DNA from: Ascidiella aspersa
Taxonomy: Eukaryota
DNA length: 64,000 bases
NCBI GenBank assembly: GCA_963924565.1
Contig: OZ004607.1
Location: 36,642,001-36,706,000, forward strand
Direction of reading: 5' to 3'
Under the pieces are notes generated by a model. That model was not told the DNA's origin, did not search any database, and saw only the letters and a list, made by a program, of their open reading frames with translations. The position numbers were made by a program, and so were the translations under genes. Positions 12,716 through 25,328 of the stretch are shown here, piece after piece (position 1 is the stretch's first letter; each line of letters starts with the position of its first letter).

Positions 12716-13422
12716 CGTCTGTCCAAAAAACAAGATTGAACTGAATTAAATATTATCCCAGAATCCCGAGATACATGGAAGTGGAAAAACTTAGTAAATG
12801 ACCCCGATAATACGCTGTAGGTTTAAAGTTTGGACTATACGGGTAACTTGACTCAGTAACCAAAAATATATTTTTACACTACCCGTACGATAATTTTTTT
12901 TTCACAAGAAATTAAAATCGAAATTTGAAAAACAACACCAAATATTCTGGCAAAAATGCCTGATTCTCACCGCTCAACTCGCCAAGTGACCGTAAATGCA
13001 GATTGACAGCGACGTGACGTAACAACGCTTTAGATAAGCGCGGCCGCTATTGTTTCGTCACAATAGCCTGGTTTACATGACACGGCGTTCCGATTGTCGC
13101 TTCGCCCTTTCCCCCAAAAACCGCCGCCACTTCGCCGAACTTTCGACGAGAAACCAGAATCCCTTGTAACGGGCGCCTGCGTCGTCTGTGACGTCATTGT
13201 GGTGCGCTGTGTCAACAATCGGGGTCGCGACTTACTCGGGCGAAATTAAATCCGCCGAAATCCAGGCTCTTTGGCGCGCAAAGACGGTGATTTACGTGAC
13301 AGCAGTTTAGTTTTCATGGCGATTTCAATACAATGAGACTGCAGCATTCGTCTCATTTGAGACAACTTTAAAAACTTTGCTAAACACACGGCATTTTTTA
13401 CTGGAAATAAAGCAATTAAAAT

Positions 13423-13702
13423 TAGAGATCGACCGATATCACTTGTTTGGACCGATACTGATACCCCATAATGTTTTAGTTTATATACCTTTATTAATTA
13501 TTAAACTATTATTTTGCATATTACTTGGTGTGATGCTAAAACCTAATTTTTTTATCAAAAAATAGGGTAAATTGTTTGTTGTACCGGAAAAATTATGTCA
13601 TATTTTCGTGCTAAAACATCAGCAAAAGTATCGGCCTACATTTACCGATACCGATATATCGGTAGAAGCCAAATATCGGCCGATATTATTGGCAAATCTC
13701 TA
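13423..13702. mobile_element. hAT-type MITE with CCGATA repeats (family L)
   Basis: TIR TAGAGATCGACCGAT / ATTGGCAAATCTCTA; perfect 8-bp TSD ATTAAAAT. Confidence 0.85.
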
Positions 13703-14564
13703 ATTAAAATACCCAGTGAAACGTTGGTCCACTCAGAAAACGTGGCGTTTTCACCAAAACTAATCCATCAAAATAAATAGGCAGTAAGTATAGCGGATGG
13801 TTAGGCCTGTTTTAAAGCAAGGAGAGCCGAAATTCCGCCGACCTAACAGGCAGGATTACATAAAGCAAAAACACACTATCGCTATAGGTTCACTAAAGCA
13901 GCCGCAACGACCGCATCCTACGTCAACAGCGACCCTGTTTCACCCTTTGCTTTCGATTTTTTCGTGGTTATGGTTTGCCTGAGGGACGAAGTTCGGGAAC
14001 ATTCCATTCCCCTGTTAATGCCAACGCTTTAACGCCCGTCCATCGATTTTTAAGACTTTGTCGCTAAACCGCATTAGCGGCGATTGGACCGTGATGGGAC
14101 TTTGCAGAGATGTGCAATCGCGCAAGGCATTTGAAAATTACATATGTTGTTGTTTATGTTAAGAATGTAAACTGCCGTCTTTTGAAGTGGTTTTAGTGTT
14201 GTATAGTTTGTGTTCTAGTATTCAGCTTGAACTTCATTTCACATATGCTTTTTGAATTCTGTAATTTGAGTAGAAAATGGATTTATACGAACATTTCGCC
14301 ATTAAAATTCTTGAGGGGATAAACTACGTGATTAAACTTCATATGGTCCAGCGTAATTTAAGCTTGTTATTGATTTTTAAGCTTTACGTATTCGCTAATA
14401 CTTAATTAATTTGGGAAAACACGTCAAAATTAAGCACGAATTTTATCCTAGTTAGAAACGTTAAAAAATGAGTTGCCCAAATCTGTGGTCAGGGGTTTAA
14501 ATACCCTACTCACCAACACAATGCCGCCGTTAGCTAGTTCTTCAAAACGCTTAATCCTTCTCTA

Positions 14565-14700
14565 TATTCAATGAAAGATGCACACATTAGTGTGGTAACA
14601 ACTGTGATCTAGCCCTTCTAAAGCTGCTTTTGGGACACAATTACGGCTTACGTATCATTAGTACACCAAAGCCATCGCAGACTCACCACATCTGCGGATC
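14565..14700. repeat. Dispersed repeat module also found inside family B MITEs
   Basis: aaagatgcacac...aacaactgtgatct...aaagccatcgcagact matches 161-290 and 11035-11085. Confidence 0.75.
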
Positions 14701-15975
14701 TATATCACTACAACCAAAAAGCATTTAATTTACCTTGTTGTAGCCTAATCTCTTATTATTTGTCTTCATTCATGTTTAATCAATATCCTTTATGTACATT
14801 TGCGTTTACCAGGGGTGTGCAACAGTATTAATGAAAAATGAATTTCGAATATTTAAATTTTTTATGCCAGCCACATTAAATTATAATGCATATATTACAT
14901 AGCGAGGCACGACAGTTAGGTAAACATAGTCGCCAATTTACGATGCATCCGTCGCCAAATTCGACATTATTGTACAGATCTGAATTGTAATTAATAGATA
15001 TTGTCTCGCCCTTAAAACAGTGAACTTGACTAATGAATAACAGCATGTCTAGACAAAGCCAAATGCTTTAAGATGACTAAACTCGCGTTTCGCGTATTGT
15101 CTCACTTTCCATGAAAAACAATCAAAAATCAAATTAGTTTTACGACGCGCTTCATTTGGTTTCAGTTTGATCGTGACAAACGCTATAAACTATCGCCGTC
15201 AAGTTAATTATTATTCGCAAACTGCAACACGACTTCATCTCGTGTCATATTCTTTCTCAAGCACAAGTTTAAAGTTTTCATCTCTTGTTAATTTTCTTTC
15301 TCTAGCGCAAGTTTAAAGTCAATTTTGAAAAATTTACATTCTTGCAAAAGCTTGTACGTAACACTATAGGTTTCACAAATATAGTTTGTTTGGCAATTTA
15401 TTTCCGACTTTGTTAAAAATACGATCTCTTGCAGCCTGTGGTATAATGTGGTAAACTTTGTTGATTTTCAGTCAAACTGAAGCGCCTTGTAAAAACAAAT
15501 TTTAAGAATTGCAATGGTTAGGGTCACTACACCGGTTTGGCAACAAATAACGAAACAATTTTTATAATGCTATTACTGGGTCTTTACTTCATTGGTCCAA
15601 AACACCTTCAACAAAAAGATTACCCCTAAAAACAAACTTGAAAAAAATGCTTATTGTTGAACGGAAAATTATAAACAGTGTCGAGCCAGAAGGTAGCAAA
15701 ATTTACCCATCAAAGACTTGTTGTGGACTAATGTTAATTTACGCAAAGTATTACGATTTTTTCGCAAAATATCAAATTTTCCTAACTAAACGTTTTATAA
15801 AGAGAAAATGCGAACTAGTTTGCAAACGAAAAAATAAGGTCAGTTATTTCCAAATCAATTTACCTTTTTAAAAGGTTTTTCCGTATCAAGGTCGAATTTC
15901 CTATCCTATAAAATCCCAGCTTCATCGCCATGGGGTAAGAAAATGCCCTTTATTTTACATAATTTATAGTAATTT

Positions 15976-16118
15976 GAAGCATAATGGTTGGAGGTTGTAG
16001 TAAGACGTAATAAGAATATCAAAGCCCAGACAGAAGTAGGTATCATCTTGAACGTTTCGAATAACTCTTTATTCATTGATGTTGTAAATGAATAAAGTAT
16101 GGGCTTTGATAATCTTAT
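15976..16118. mobile_element. Foldback MITE (family G)
   Basis: Arm (g)gagcataatggttggaggttgtagtaagacg...aaagcccatacagaagtagg; copies or fragments at ~8050, 25131-25240, 26114-26312, 32805-33010, 49296-49440, 59300-59474. Confidence 0.8.
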
Positions 16119-18669
16119 TATAACAATTTAATACAGTTCAAAGCGCCCATAGCAAACTTAGTGTCTAAAGTTGCGAATTTCCTTTATTAAACCTACGCGC
16201 GGGCGGGCAACTTTGGCGATTAAGGCAAAGCTCTATGATGACGACGCAGAGTAACAAGAGACGGCTTGCATTGCCTGTCGTTTATCGCCTGCGACGAAGA
16301 TAAGGCAAGGCGATCGCATGCATAATTCATATCGCCGCCTCTTTGCACCCGGATATTTGCATACTAAGTCGAGAGCAAGCGGCCGCGCTCCCGCATCAAC
16401 TATGACGTCACAGACACGGTCGCGTGACTCAGCCTTACCGACGTTGGGCCCCCCCCCCTCCTTTGGCTCGCATGCGAAATCGGAAAATAACGTCAGTAAG
16501 GTGATTCACGCCAATAAGCAGAAAATCCGGCTCCGGTTAAATAAATCCCTGCTGGAAAACAGTTTGACGATGGCTTTGGTATTTATGGTGCGCGGTGACC
16601 TGAAGTGTACGCAACGTGTTAGAAACGTTTTTTTTTGTGGGGGCGAGTTTAACGTGAGTTTATCGTCGTCACAAACTGTGATTTCATCAATTTTTTGAGT
16701 ATTAAATGTCAATAGAATGTAATCGTATAGACATACCGTGATTCGGGGTGCTATTTGTTGTGGGGCTTAAAACTATAATTTCAATAAAATAATAAAAGCG
16801 AGAAGACCCAAAAAAATCGACCGTTTACAAGAATCGGCAGTAACTTGCGGTGAAGATTAAATCGATAAAATTGCAATACGGGAAAATAACTAAAGGCAAC
16901 GTTACACATTTTTTGAAGATTAAATTCTTACAGAAACGGCCAGCATACGAAAACCCGTGTATAACGCGCTTCAAGTCCTAAAACCTAAGATTTAGGATCT
17001 GTGTCACAAAACACTATAGATATTAATAAAATTATATTAAATATAGAAAATTCCAGGCCAGTCATAGTCTTTTTAACGAATAAAACCCTTCATTGTGACT
17101 CGCGAATCTCTCAAAGATTTTTATCAAAAGTTTAAAAAATCAATATTAGTCTGACAAGAAATGTACGCATATTGCTGTTAAGACTAAATCATTTGCTTTT
17201 CGACTAAACATATGCTGATTTCGCAGACTTAGTAAAAGTAATATAAATTTTTCATGATTCTATAGCAGCGATGTTTCATTCAGCCAAATTTGTTGTTATA
17301 AACCTCTAAAAATATACTTGACAGCAATTAGGTAGTTTGCCCTAATAATTAAAAATATATATTTTTTAATTAAATTTAAACTTTTGTGCCAGCACTACAT
17401 TGACGTTTCACCGAAGTTCATCGTAAAATGTATTTGCGGCGTTTCCATTTGTGGCAAGTCAGCTAAATTTACAGTTAACGCGTAAACTGAACTTTGAATA
17501 ATCAGATAATTTTGGCCGGGTCTATTTTTTGTCACGCATGTGTGATTTTCCGATGACATAGAGCTAATGCGTTCGATGTTTTAATCTGCCCAAAACGACT
17601 TTTTGCGACCACTTTCTCTCATTTGGCGTTTACGTAAATTTTAATGCGTAAAAGTGTGAATGGCGCATTTACCACCAATGACAAGCTGTGATCGGAGCAC
17701 ACTCGAGCCAATACGCATGATTCAACTGGGATTAAAAGGCAAAAACGTCACGCTTGTGGGTCCAGCACACCAGGGCTGCTTTCTTAACGCCTACGCACTT
17801 TTCGATGATGATTGAAAGGGCATGAAAGTATGCTGGATTGCTGGTGTGTATCTAGGGATGGCCTAACACGCTCCCGTGAAATTTGTTGCTCAAGACCAGT
17901 AGTTCTCATTCTACGTGCTGTTGTAACTCAAGTGCAGAAGATTTCCACCTGTGCATGGAAAACTTTGGTACAAATCCTGTCATTTTCATAGTCATTTTTC
18001 ACAATACAAATCAGCGTTTTTAAACGGAAAACTAAAAGCACCAAAAGGTGCTGCAAAAAGTTGGATTTTGGTTGAAAGCCGTATGCCTTAAAAGGGGGAT
18101 AACCAGCACATTTAACATTTTTTTCCGGATTTAGCAATAAATATAGTGGCCCAGTCATTCGTAAAGTAGGGCCCATGAGAAAAATAATCCAATTTTGCGA
18201 GACTAAAGCCAACCAAAGAGATGGCATGTATAGTGTTGCACGGATTATTTCATGATTTGTGAGTGAGTATTTTTATGTCAAAATTTTAACACCGAAGTTG
18301 GTATGATATGTATTTCTACAGGACTGCCGTACCCTTGTAACCTTGTTGCATTAAAACGTGACGTAAAACAAGTAATCATCCCCTGTAATAAAACGTGACC
18401 AAGCAAATGTTGACCATCTTGCAAAATTAATTACCAAAATCTGTTAAACTAACTACCAACAGATAACGATGTGCACAAAAGCGTCAGAAAAACGGAAACG
18501 CAATTTTACACCGCGGTCATTTCAATGACCTGCTGTCAAGTATGGCAAACCTAATTGAGCCGTTTAACGAGGTGTCATATACTGCACGTGTAAGGTCGGA
18601 TAACGTCACGGCTCGGAAATGCGATAATGATAAAATATCTCGACCGGTGATTCTTTTCGAACTACTTGT

Positions 18670-18838
18670 NNNNNNNNNNNNNNNNNNNNNNNNNNNNNNN
18701 NNNNNNNNNNNNNNNNNNNNNNNNNNNNNNNNNNNNNNNNNNNNNNNNNNNNNNNNNNNNNNNNNNNNNNNNNNNNNNNNNNNNNNNNNNNNNNNNNNNN
18801 NNNNNNNNNNNNNNNNNNNNNNNNNNNNNNNNNNNNNN
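18670..18838. other. Assembly gap (169 N)
   Basis: N run. Confidence 1.
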
Positions 18839-18839
18839 A

Positions 18840-18882
18840 GTGCGTGCGCGTGCGTGCGTGCGTGCGTGCGTGTGTGTGCGTG
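18840..18882. repeat. (GTGC)n/(GT)n microsatellite next to the gap
   Basis: Read directly; may have caused the gap. Confidence 0.9.
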
Positions 18883-20173
18883 AACAATTTCGCCGCAGAC
18901 TTGCTGTTGAGATATCATCAGTAGCGATGTCCGATAATACCGTGTCGGATCGACACCCTATGGTATGTAGCATATAATAGTATCGTCCGATACTTGGCTG
19001 TATCCACCAAATCTACTAAACACGGTAAGAATATGTTTTCGCTTTGTCGTTACAAAAATATCAAAGCCCCACCGTTGCCAGGCCCCTTCGGTGGGGTGAA
19101 TAAACCTTACTTTGAGAACTACTGGCCTTGGTGAATGCCTTGCCTAAACTTCGGCTTACTTTTCGATAGAAAATTGATAACAGACACAGAAATACGCTAC
19201 TGCGGCAAGATAACAATTGTTCTTTTTTGCCTTTACACAAAACATGCATATCAAATCGCTTTGAAAATGTAGGATTGAAAAACTACACTTATGGTTTCCT
19301 TATGAGTGCGTATTCAAATTAGCGAAAGACCCATTACATAGTCAGGTTGGATAGGGGCCAGTCTATTCTTTTCAAAGGCACGATTTGGCACATAAAAGCA
19401 ACTAGGTCAGATAGCAAGGCTACTATGTAATGGGCAGCAGGGCGAGGGCATTTTTCCTGGGAGGTTTAACAAGCGCTTCACACACATGAAGGAGCACAAA
19501 AACGGAGTTGTGCGAAAAAAACTGATTTTTGTTTAAATCCTAACCTGAACGTAATGAACCCAAATTTAAAAAAATGTTGAGAATCTTAATAAAAACCTCG
19601 GAAAAGAAAAATCTGGATAATTTTAATTCGCCATGTATTGTCGATTTTCCTGTATCGGCCACGTAATTTTTCAAAAATAGTATAATTACGGACTATGATG
19701 ACGTAATACCAACATAATATAATTTTCCAAAATAGTAGATTTGTGCAAGATACTTTTTGTTCATGAGCACTTTTATCAAAATGCAAAAACAATGGAAATT
19801 TTAATCCTCTTAAATTGTGTTACATCATGTCAAGGTTACCAACAGGTTTACAAAGATCCCTCTTAATAGAATAGACGAGTAAACATTGTATTTACAGCGA
19901 GTTAACGCACTTTGTAATTATGGCGATCAAGTCACCAAACAAATTACCGCCTGTCACATGGCAACGGTTAAAAACAGGGAGAACACATTCCATCTATTAA
20001 TCTCGCTTGACTTTCTCCCTCGATCGCCACGTTAAGTGCAAGCTAGGCACGACAGGGAACTTCCCTAACTTTGATCGCCATCCACAGAGCTGATAACGAC
20101 CTCAGTTCCACAGCAGGCATTGTTACATGCTTTAGGTAGATGCTTTAGTGTTTCTCAACCTACATGATTTAGA

Positions 20174-20410
20174 TGTTTCTCAACCGGGGTACCGCGGCAC
20201 TCATGCCATTTTAACGCTCAAGGGTGCCGAGAGATATTTCAAATTTTTTACGATTCCAATTTTTGCTCTGTTGGTAAGCTTCTTGATTTAATTTTTTATA
20301 TACGATCAAAGTGCAAATAATTAGAAAGGTTTTTTCAACCTTGTTGTACAGTTAATGTGCTGTTTCAATCTCGTTTGTTGTAACCTTACAGTCAACCACT
20401 CTGCAAATAA
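20174..20410 (-). mobile_element. Family A MITE, inverted and truncated
   Basis: Reverse complement of 9300-9544. Confidence 0.7.
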
Positions 20411-20547
20411 AGGTTGCGAAATACCTTTGAAAGCCTACAAATTTTCTTTGGCCTTTGAATGTAGGAACCCTTTATTAGGGAATCCACGAGTTCAACCATT
20501 ATTGCATCAAAATTAAAATCGCTAGACTTTTTATGGTTGTCTTCAGG

Positions 20548-20705
20548 CAGTGGTTTCCCATCTTTTATGGCTTACAACGCCCCTCAAAATAATAATGAGG
20601 TTGTGGCACCCATAATAGATTTTTCAGTAAGTGTTTTTCTGTAATGTCACACCATAAACGGAACTAGAACAACAAAAATCACAATCAACTCCAAACATGT
20701 AAAAA
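20548..20705. mobile_element. Family A MITE, left half
   Basis: cagtggtttcccatcttttatggcttac...aaacggaactagaacaac, as in the 24017 and 56641 copies. Confidence 0.65.
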
Positions 20706-20712
20706 ATATAGT

Positions 20713-21662
20713 AAGAAAGTCACTTAGGTCGGAGAAGGCTTGCTTTTAATGCGGGGCCTTTCCGTATCGCTTAGAAATGAAAAGAAATGGCTCGGCGGAT
20801 TCCGGAGATTATTGGTTTCCAAACTGTTTGCACTCTTGACCCCGTGTAAGGCCGTTAAGCCCACACGTTTAACGGTCAATACTTTAACTTGGTAAAACTA
20901 AAATTGGGGAAGACAAATTCATAGACTGCTGCTAAAACATTTTTTATTTACTGGTATGATAACAATAAAATAACTTTTAGTTAAGCTTTAAGCAATTTTA
21001 ACATTTAAACTGGCATAAATATTATATTAAATAAATATTATGTGCCTAATGTTATCAGACAAATAACTTAAAATCTTTTTTAGCATTTTATGAACGTGTC
21101 TTCTCTCGCTTTTAGTTTTACCAAGTTAATGTATTTACCATCCACAGAGCTCATAACGTTAAGGTTAAGTAAGTCACTTAGGTGGAAGAGGGCTTGCCAT
21201 ATCGCTTAGTAATTAAAAGGATTTCTGGGATCAGTAGTTTCCAAACTGTTTGCACTCTCAACCTCGTGTAAGGCCGTTAAGCCCACACGTTTAACGGTCA
21301 ATACTTTAACTTGGTAAAACTAAAATTGGGGAAGACAAATTCATAGACTGCTGCTAAAACATTTTTTATTTACTGGTATGATAACAATAAAATAACTTTT
21401 AGTTAAGCTTTAAGCAACTTTAACATATAAATTGGCATATGAATTCGTCTTTCCCACTGTCAGTTTTACCAAGTTAAAGTGTTTACCATCCGAAGAGTTG
21501 ATAACGTTAATGTTAAGAAAGTCACTTAGGTCGGAAAGGGCTTGCTGCGGGGCTTTTCCGTATGGCTGAGTAATTAAAAGGAATGGTTCGGCGGATTTCT
21601 GGGATCAGTAGTTTTCAAACTGTTTGCACTCCCAACCTCGGGTAAATCCGTTTAAGCCCATA
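20713..21662. repeat. Tandem ~350-450-bp unit (about 2.3 copies) containing an inverted-repeat element
   Basis: aagtcacttaggt at ~20717, 21171, 21519; 20845-21020 nearly identical to 21267-21440; internal inverted arms tactttaacttggtaaaact / agttttaccaagttaa. Confidence 0.85.
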
Positions 21663-22025
21663 CGTGACCGCAGAGTCATATTCTGGTTTAACGATACCCA
21701 GAATTGACGTCTGTTTAATTAAAGGATTGCCATAAGTATTCTCTGTTCAATCCATCTTAACTTGCAGGTCACGACAATGAGCTGATTGTGTGTGCGAGAA
21801 ATTTAGGACTCTTTTTAAATGAGGGATTTTTCTGTATCCATACGCTGTTAGTTTTAAGCCGTTTTTTCGAAGTCATGTTTCAAGTTAACTATGATGTATT
21901 TTGCAATGAAAATCCGTGGTTGATTTAATTTCAACTAAAACATGGTTTCGCTTGATTAACGCTTATATTTTGTGCTTTTGGTGCAATGTGTTAAATTTTT
22001 GTAATAAAGAAGAGGTATACTGCAC

Positions 22026-22214
22026 CAGACTTGGACAACTAGAGACTAAAGAAACCGTTGCACAAAGTAGCATTTTTGGTAAAATCCGAATTAGATTAGA
22101 ACTAAAATTAGAGCCCTTAAGCAATTCACAAAATAGATTAGAATTAGAATTAGTCGCATTTTGCCCTAATTCTTAAATTAGAAAATTAGAATTAGCTATA
22201 GTTGTCCAAGTCTG
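22026..22214. mobile_element. hAT-type MITE with (ATTAGA)n internal repeats (family H)
   Basis: TIR CAGACTTGGACAACTA / TAGTTGTCCAAGTCTG; flanks TACTGCAC / TTCTGTAC. Confidence 0.85.
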
Positions 22215-22943
22215 TTCTGTACCTGCAAACTCCATTGTCGCATATGGGTGTGTTTAGTGTTATAGAGTTGGTAACGTCAACGTTGTCTGGAAGTTCAAAT
22301 TTTATCTAAAGCGCAGTTTAACAGTAACAGCACGTATATTCGGCATTTCGGCTTTAAATAGAAATGCAGTTTCTCTTTAACAGTGGTTCGCTTTCGGCTG
22401 CGAAATCTCGAAAGGAGAGAGATTGTCTTAACCGACGATCAAGCGTCCGGTTATAGATACGTTGCGAGCGTCTATTTTGGGGCCTGGTTTACTTTCGTCA
22501 GGCGCGCCGCGTCTATTTTTAAGGACGCCGGTGTCTAAAGATAGACCGGTCGCCGCGCTAACGCACTCGCCGTTGTAACCGCATATTTTACGGCCGTTTA
22601 AAAGTAGCACTCGTGACGACGTTTACAGTGACGCGCAGTAGGACACAGGTGCATATTTGTCACGAGGCGGCGAAACTTTGCTCGCATCTATTCCCGAAAG
22701 GTGAACGGCCACGCGTTGACATTTCGGCTCGCGCTAAGCGTAAATTCTGCATGTTGCGGTAAGTGCTGAGCTTGACCTTAAATTCCCGACGGACTTGTTA
22801 GGCAGCATTGGAACACAACGCGTGAAATTACTCTTTTTCCATTATGGCTAAGTTTTTGCCTATACAAATATCTCGTGCGTTAATGTGCGTTAGGGTCGTG
22901 AGTGGCACTTCCCGTCTACGGCGCCATTAAACATAGTTGAAAC

Positions 22944-23098
22944 TTAAAAGTGGAGTTAGCTCCACCATATCAATAGATAAAAATCGCTCTTCTGATGTAA
23001 ACGAAGCTGGTATCAGCTGCCGAAACCAGTTTATACTTCGTTTACACCACGAGAGCGATTCCTGTCTATTGATAGTTGGAACTGTTGTAGCACTTTAA
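22944..23098. mobile_element. Fully palindromic foldback element, Kolobok-like
   Basis: Arms pair over almost the whole length (tatcaataga...aatcgctct...tgtaaacgaag / cttcgtttaca...agagcgatt...tctattgata); TTAA at both ends with AG...CT just inside. Confidence 0.6.
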
Positions 23099-24016
23099 CT
23101 TTGTGTATAAACGTCACCCCTATAAAATGCAGCAAATCGAGTCGCTCTGTTGTGCATATTACATTATTGTTAGTGTGCACCTCAATTTTACTGACAGGTC
23201 GTTTATTGTGTTTTCCATTATAAGAAATATGATTAGGGGCTTTAAAGATGTAAAAAACAGAACAATCCACTTCAAATGTTTTCGGAAATTACCGTGTCAT
23301 CTCTTCGATGAGTTTTTTGGAAATATTTTTGACATACTTTATATGTTTGGTAACGTTGTACGCTTCTTCTATATTTTTAATAGATTTATGTAGCAGTTTT
23401 TTGCCAAGACAAGGGCCTTTCAATGTGTATCAGATATATGTGTAAACCATCCTAAAGTACACCCGCGAAATACAAAGGTGCCACACATTTGTTGTTTGTT
23501 TCTTCCCAGACCAAATACCCACGAAAACTGATCGTGGACAGGCTAGTAGTCACATTTATGTGGTTCTGGGCTTCAACCAAACACGTTATTTGCCCTGCGT
23601 GTAGGATAAGGTGGGGGATGGGACTGAAATCTCTATAGTTTTAAGAAAGGGCGTTAAGCCCTAAACAGCCTATATCCCGTGCTGATACATGCCCAGACTC
23701 TTTTCCCAAATTTTAGTACATTGTTTACAGGCAGTAGTAAAATATAGCGTTATCAAACACATAGATTGGTCTACAGATTTTACATAATATTTTTTTTTTC
23801 TTTTCAAAGCATGGTCAAAAGCTTGCGCACAGTTTTACTTAGTGATAAAATGCAGCATTAAATCAATTCTACATTCACCTTTTTAGTTATAGGTGTCTTT
23901 TGAGAATGGGTTTCACCTTTCCTTTATCCTTTGCCGCTCAAGACCCCTTCTCCAACAGGCGTTTAGGAAATTGTAGGACTTTTTTCGAATAATTTTTAGG
24001 TTTCGCATCACTAATC

Positions 24017-24337
24017 CATTGTTTGGCAACCTTTTATGGCTTACGGTACCCTCTTAAATATTAAATAGACTTTCAGCACCCCGAATGGATTTTTTGTTGA
24101 GTATTTTACCGAAATTTCACTATATAAATGGAACTGGAACATCACAATCATCTTAAAACATGTAGGAAAACGTCATTTGGTAGAATGGTCTTTAATGATA
24201 CACAAATAGTTGTATCAAGAAGATTATACCAATTGAGCAAAAAACAGATTCCTAAAAATTCTCAAATACCTATCGGCACCCTTGAGCGTTAAAAATGTAA
24301 CCCTAGAGTGCCGCGGCACCCCGGTTGAGAAACACCG
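24017..24337. mobile_element. hAT-type MITE (family A)
   Basis: cattgtttggcaacc / ggttgagaaacaccg ends; full family A interior. Confidence 0.8.
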
Positions 24338-24730
24338 TCTTAATCCCTTAACGTATAGTTCCTTTTCTCGCGTTTCGTTTTACCGTTACCGCAGCAAAAT
24401 TCTTTGCCTACGTGCGGCGCCCACGTCACTTTTAAGGCACGCGGCTTGTTTGTGTTGGCCACAGCGCGCTGACCTGAGACCGCTTCGCCCCGCAGTTAGC
24501 CCACTTCCAGCGCCTAGGTCTCGTGATGCGAAACGCAGCGGAGGTATCGTACTTTACGAAAAGCACCTGATCGCGCGGTTACGTCAAGCGCAGGTTTTCC
24601 GTCGGGCGAAAACGACGAGCGGTATTTCCTCCGCTCGCTTCGAACTTTCCTGCGCATTTTCGCGTTTGCGATACGATCTCTGACGTAACGGGATGGCTTT
24701 AAATCTTTCGCCGACTTGCCCCCCAGTTGT

Positions 24731-25328
24731 CAGACTTGGACAACTAGATTTATTTTATCTGTTTAAATTTGATTAGAATTAAAATTAGAGCTATTTAGTT
24801 TTTCCGAATAAGATTGGAATTAGAATTAGATCGTTTTGAGTTTATTCAAATTAGATCGGAATTAGAATTACCGAATTCCTAAAAAATCAAATTTAAACTA
24901 GAATTACATTAAATTATTCACAATCAATTTAAATTAAATCGCGAATCATTCCAAAAAAAAATGTGAATGGTAAATATGTGTGTGCTAATTCCTATGCTTT
25001 TTAGACTGTAAAAATTACATACAAGTCGTTCCAACCAAAGAGTGTTAATTGAAATTCTTTGTTTTAACTATAGGAGACCAAAAATGCCGTTGGATAAAGT
25101 AGAATTTTTGATAAAATCCGTATCAGATTTTGGAGCATAATGGTTGGAGGTTGTAGTAAGACGTAATAAGAATATCAAAGCCCATACAAAAGTAGGTATC
25201 ATTTTGAACGTTTCGAATAACTCTTTATTCATTTTCAACATCGAATTAGATTAAAACTTGAATTAGATGCATTTTGCTCTAATTCATTAAATTAGAAAAC
25301 TAGAAGTATCTATAGTTGTTCAAGTCTG
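24731..25328. mobile_element. Family H MITE with a nested family G arm (25131-25240)
   Basis: TIR cagacttggacaacta / tagttgttcaagtctg; flanks CCAGTTGT / CCAATGGT; ATTAGA repeats. Confidence 0.82.

Noticed and set aside
18517-18977. ORFs spanning X runs
   Set aside because: Artefacts of the N gap and the neighbouring microsatellite
23103-23420. 96-aa ORF with Q-x3-S-x2-C spacing like adenain/Polinton proteases; minus strand faintly like a LINE ORF2 C-terminus
   Set aside because: No upstream His/Asp catalytic motifs and the two readings conflict; not supportable without a profile search
24433-24444. TAAGGCACGCGG, identical to the first 12 nt of miR-124
   Set aside because: The match stops there (GTGAATGCC is absent) and no convincing miR-124 5' arm lies upstream
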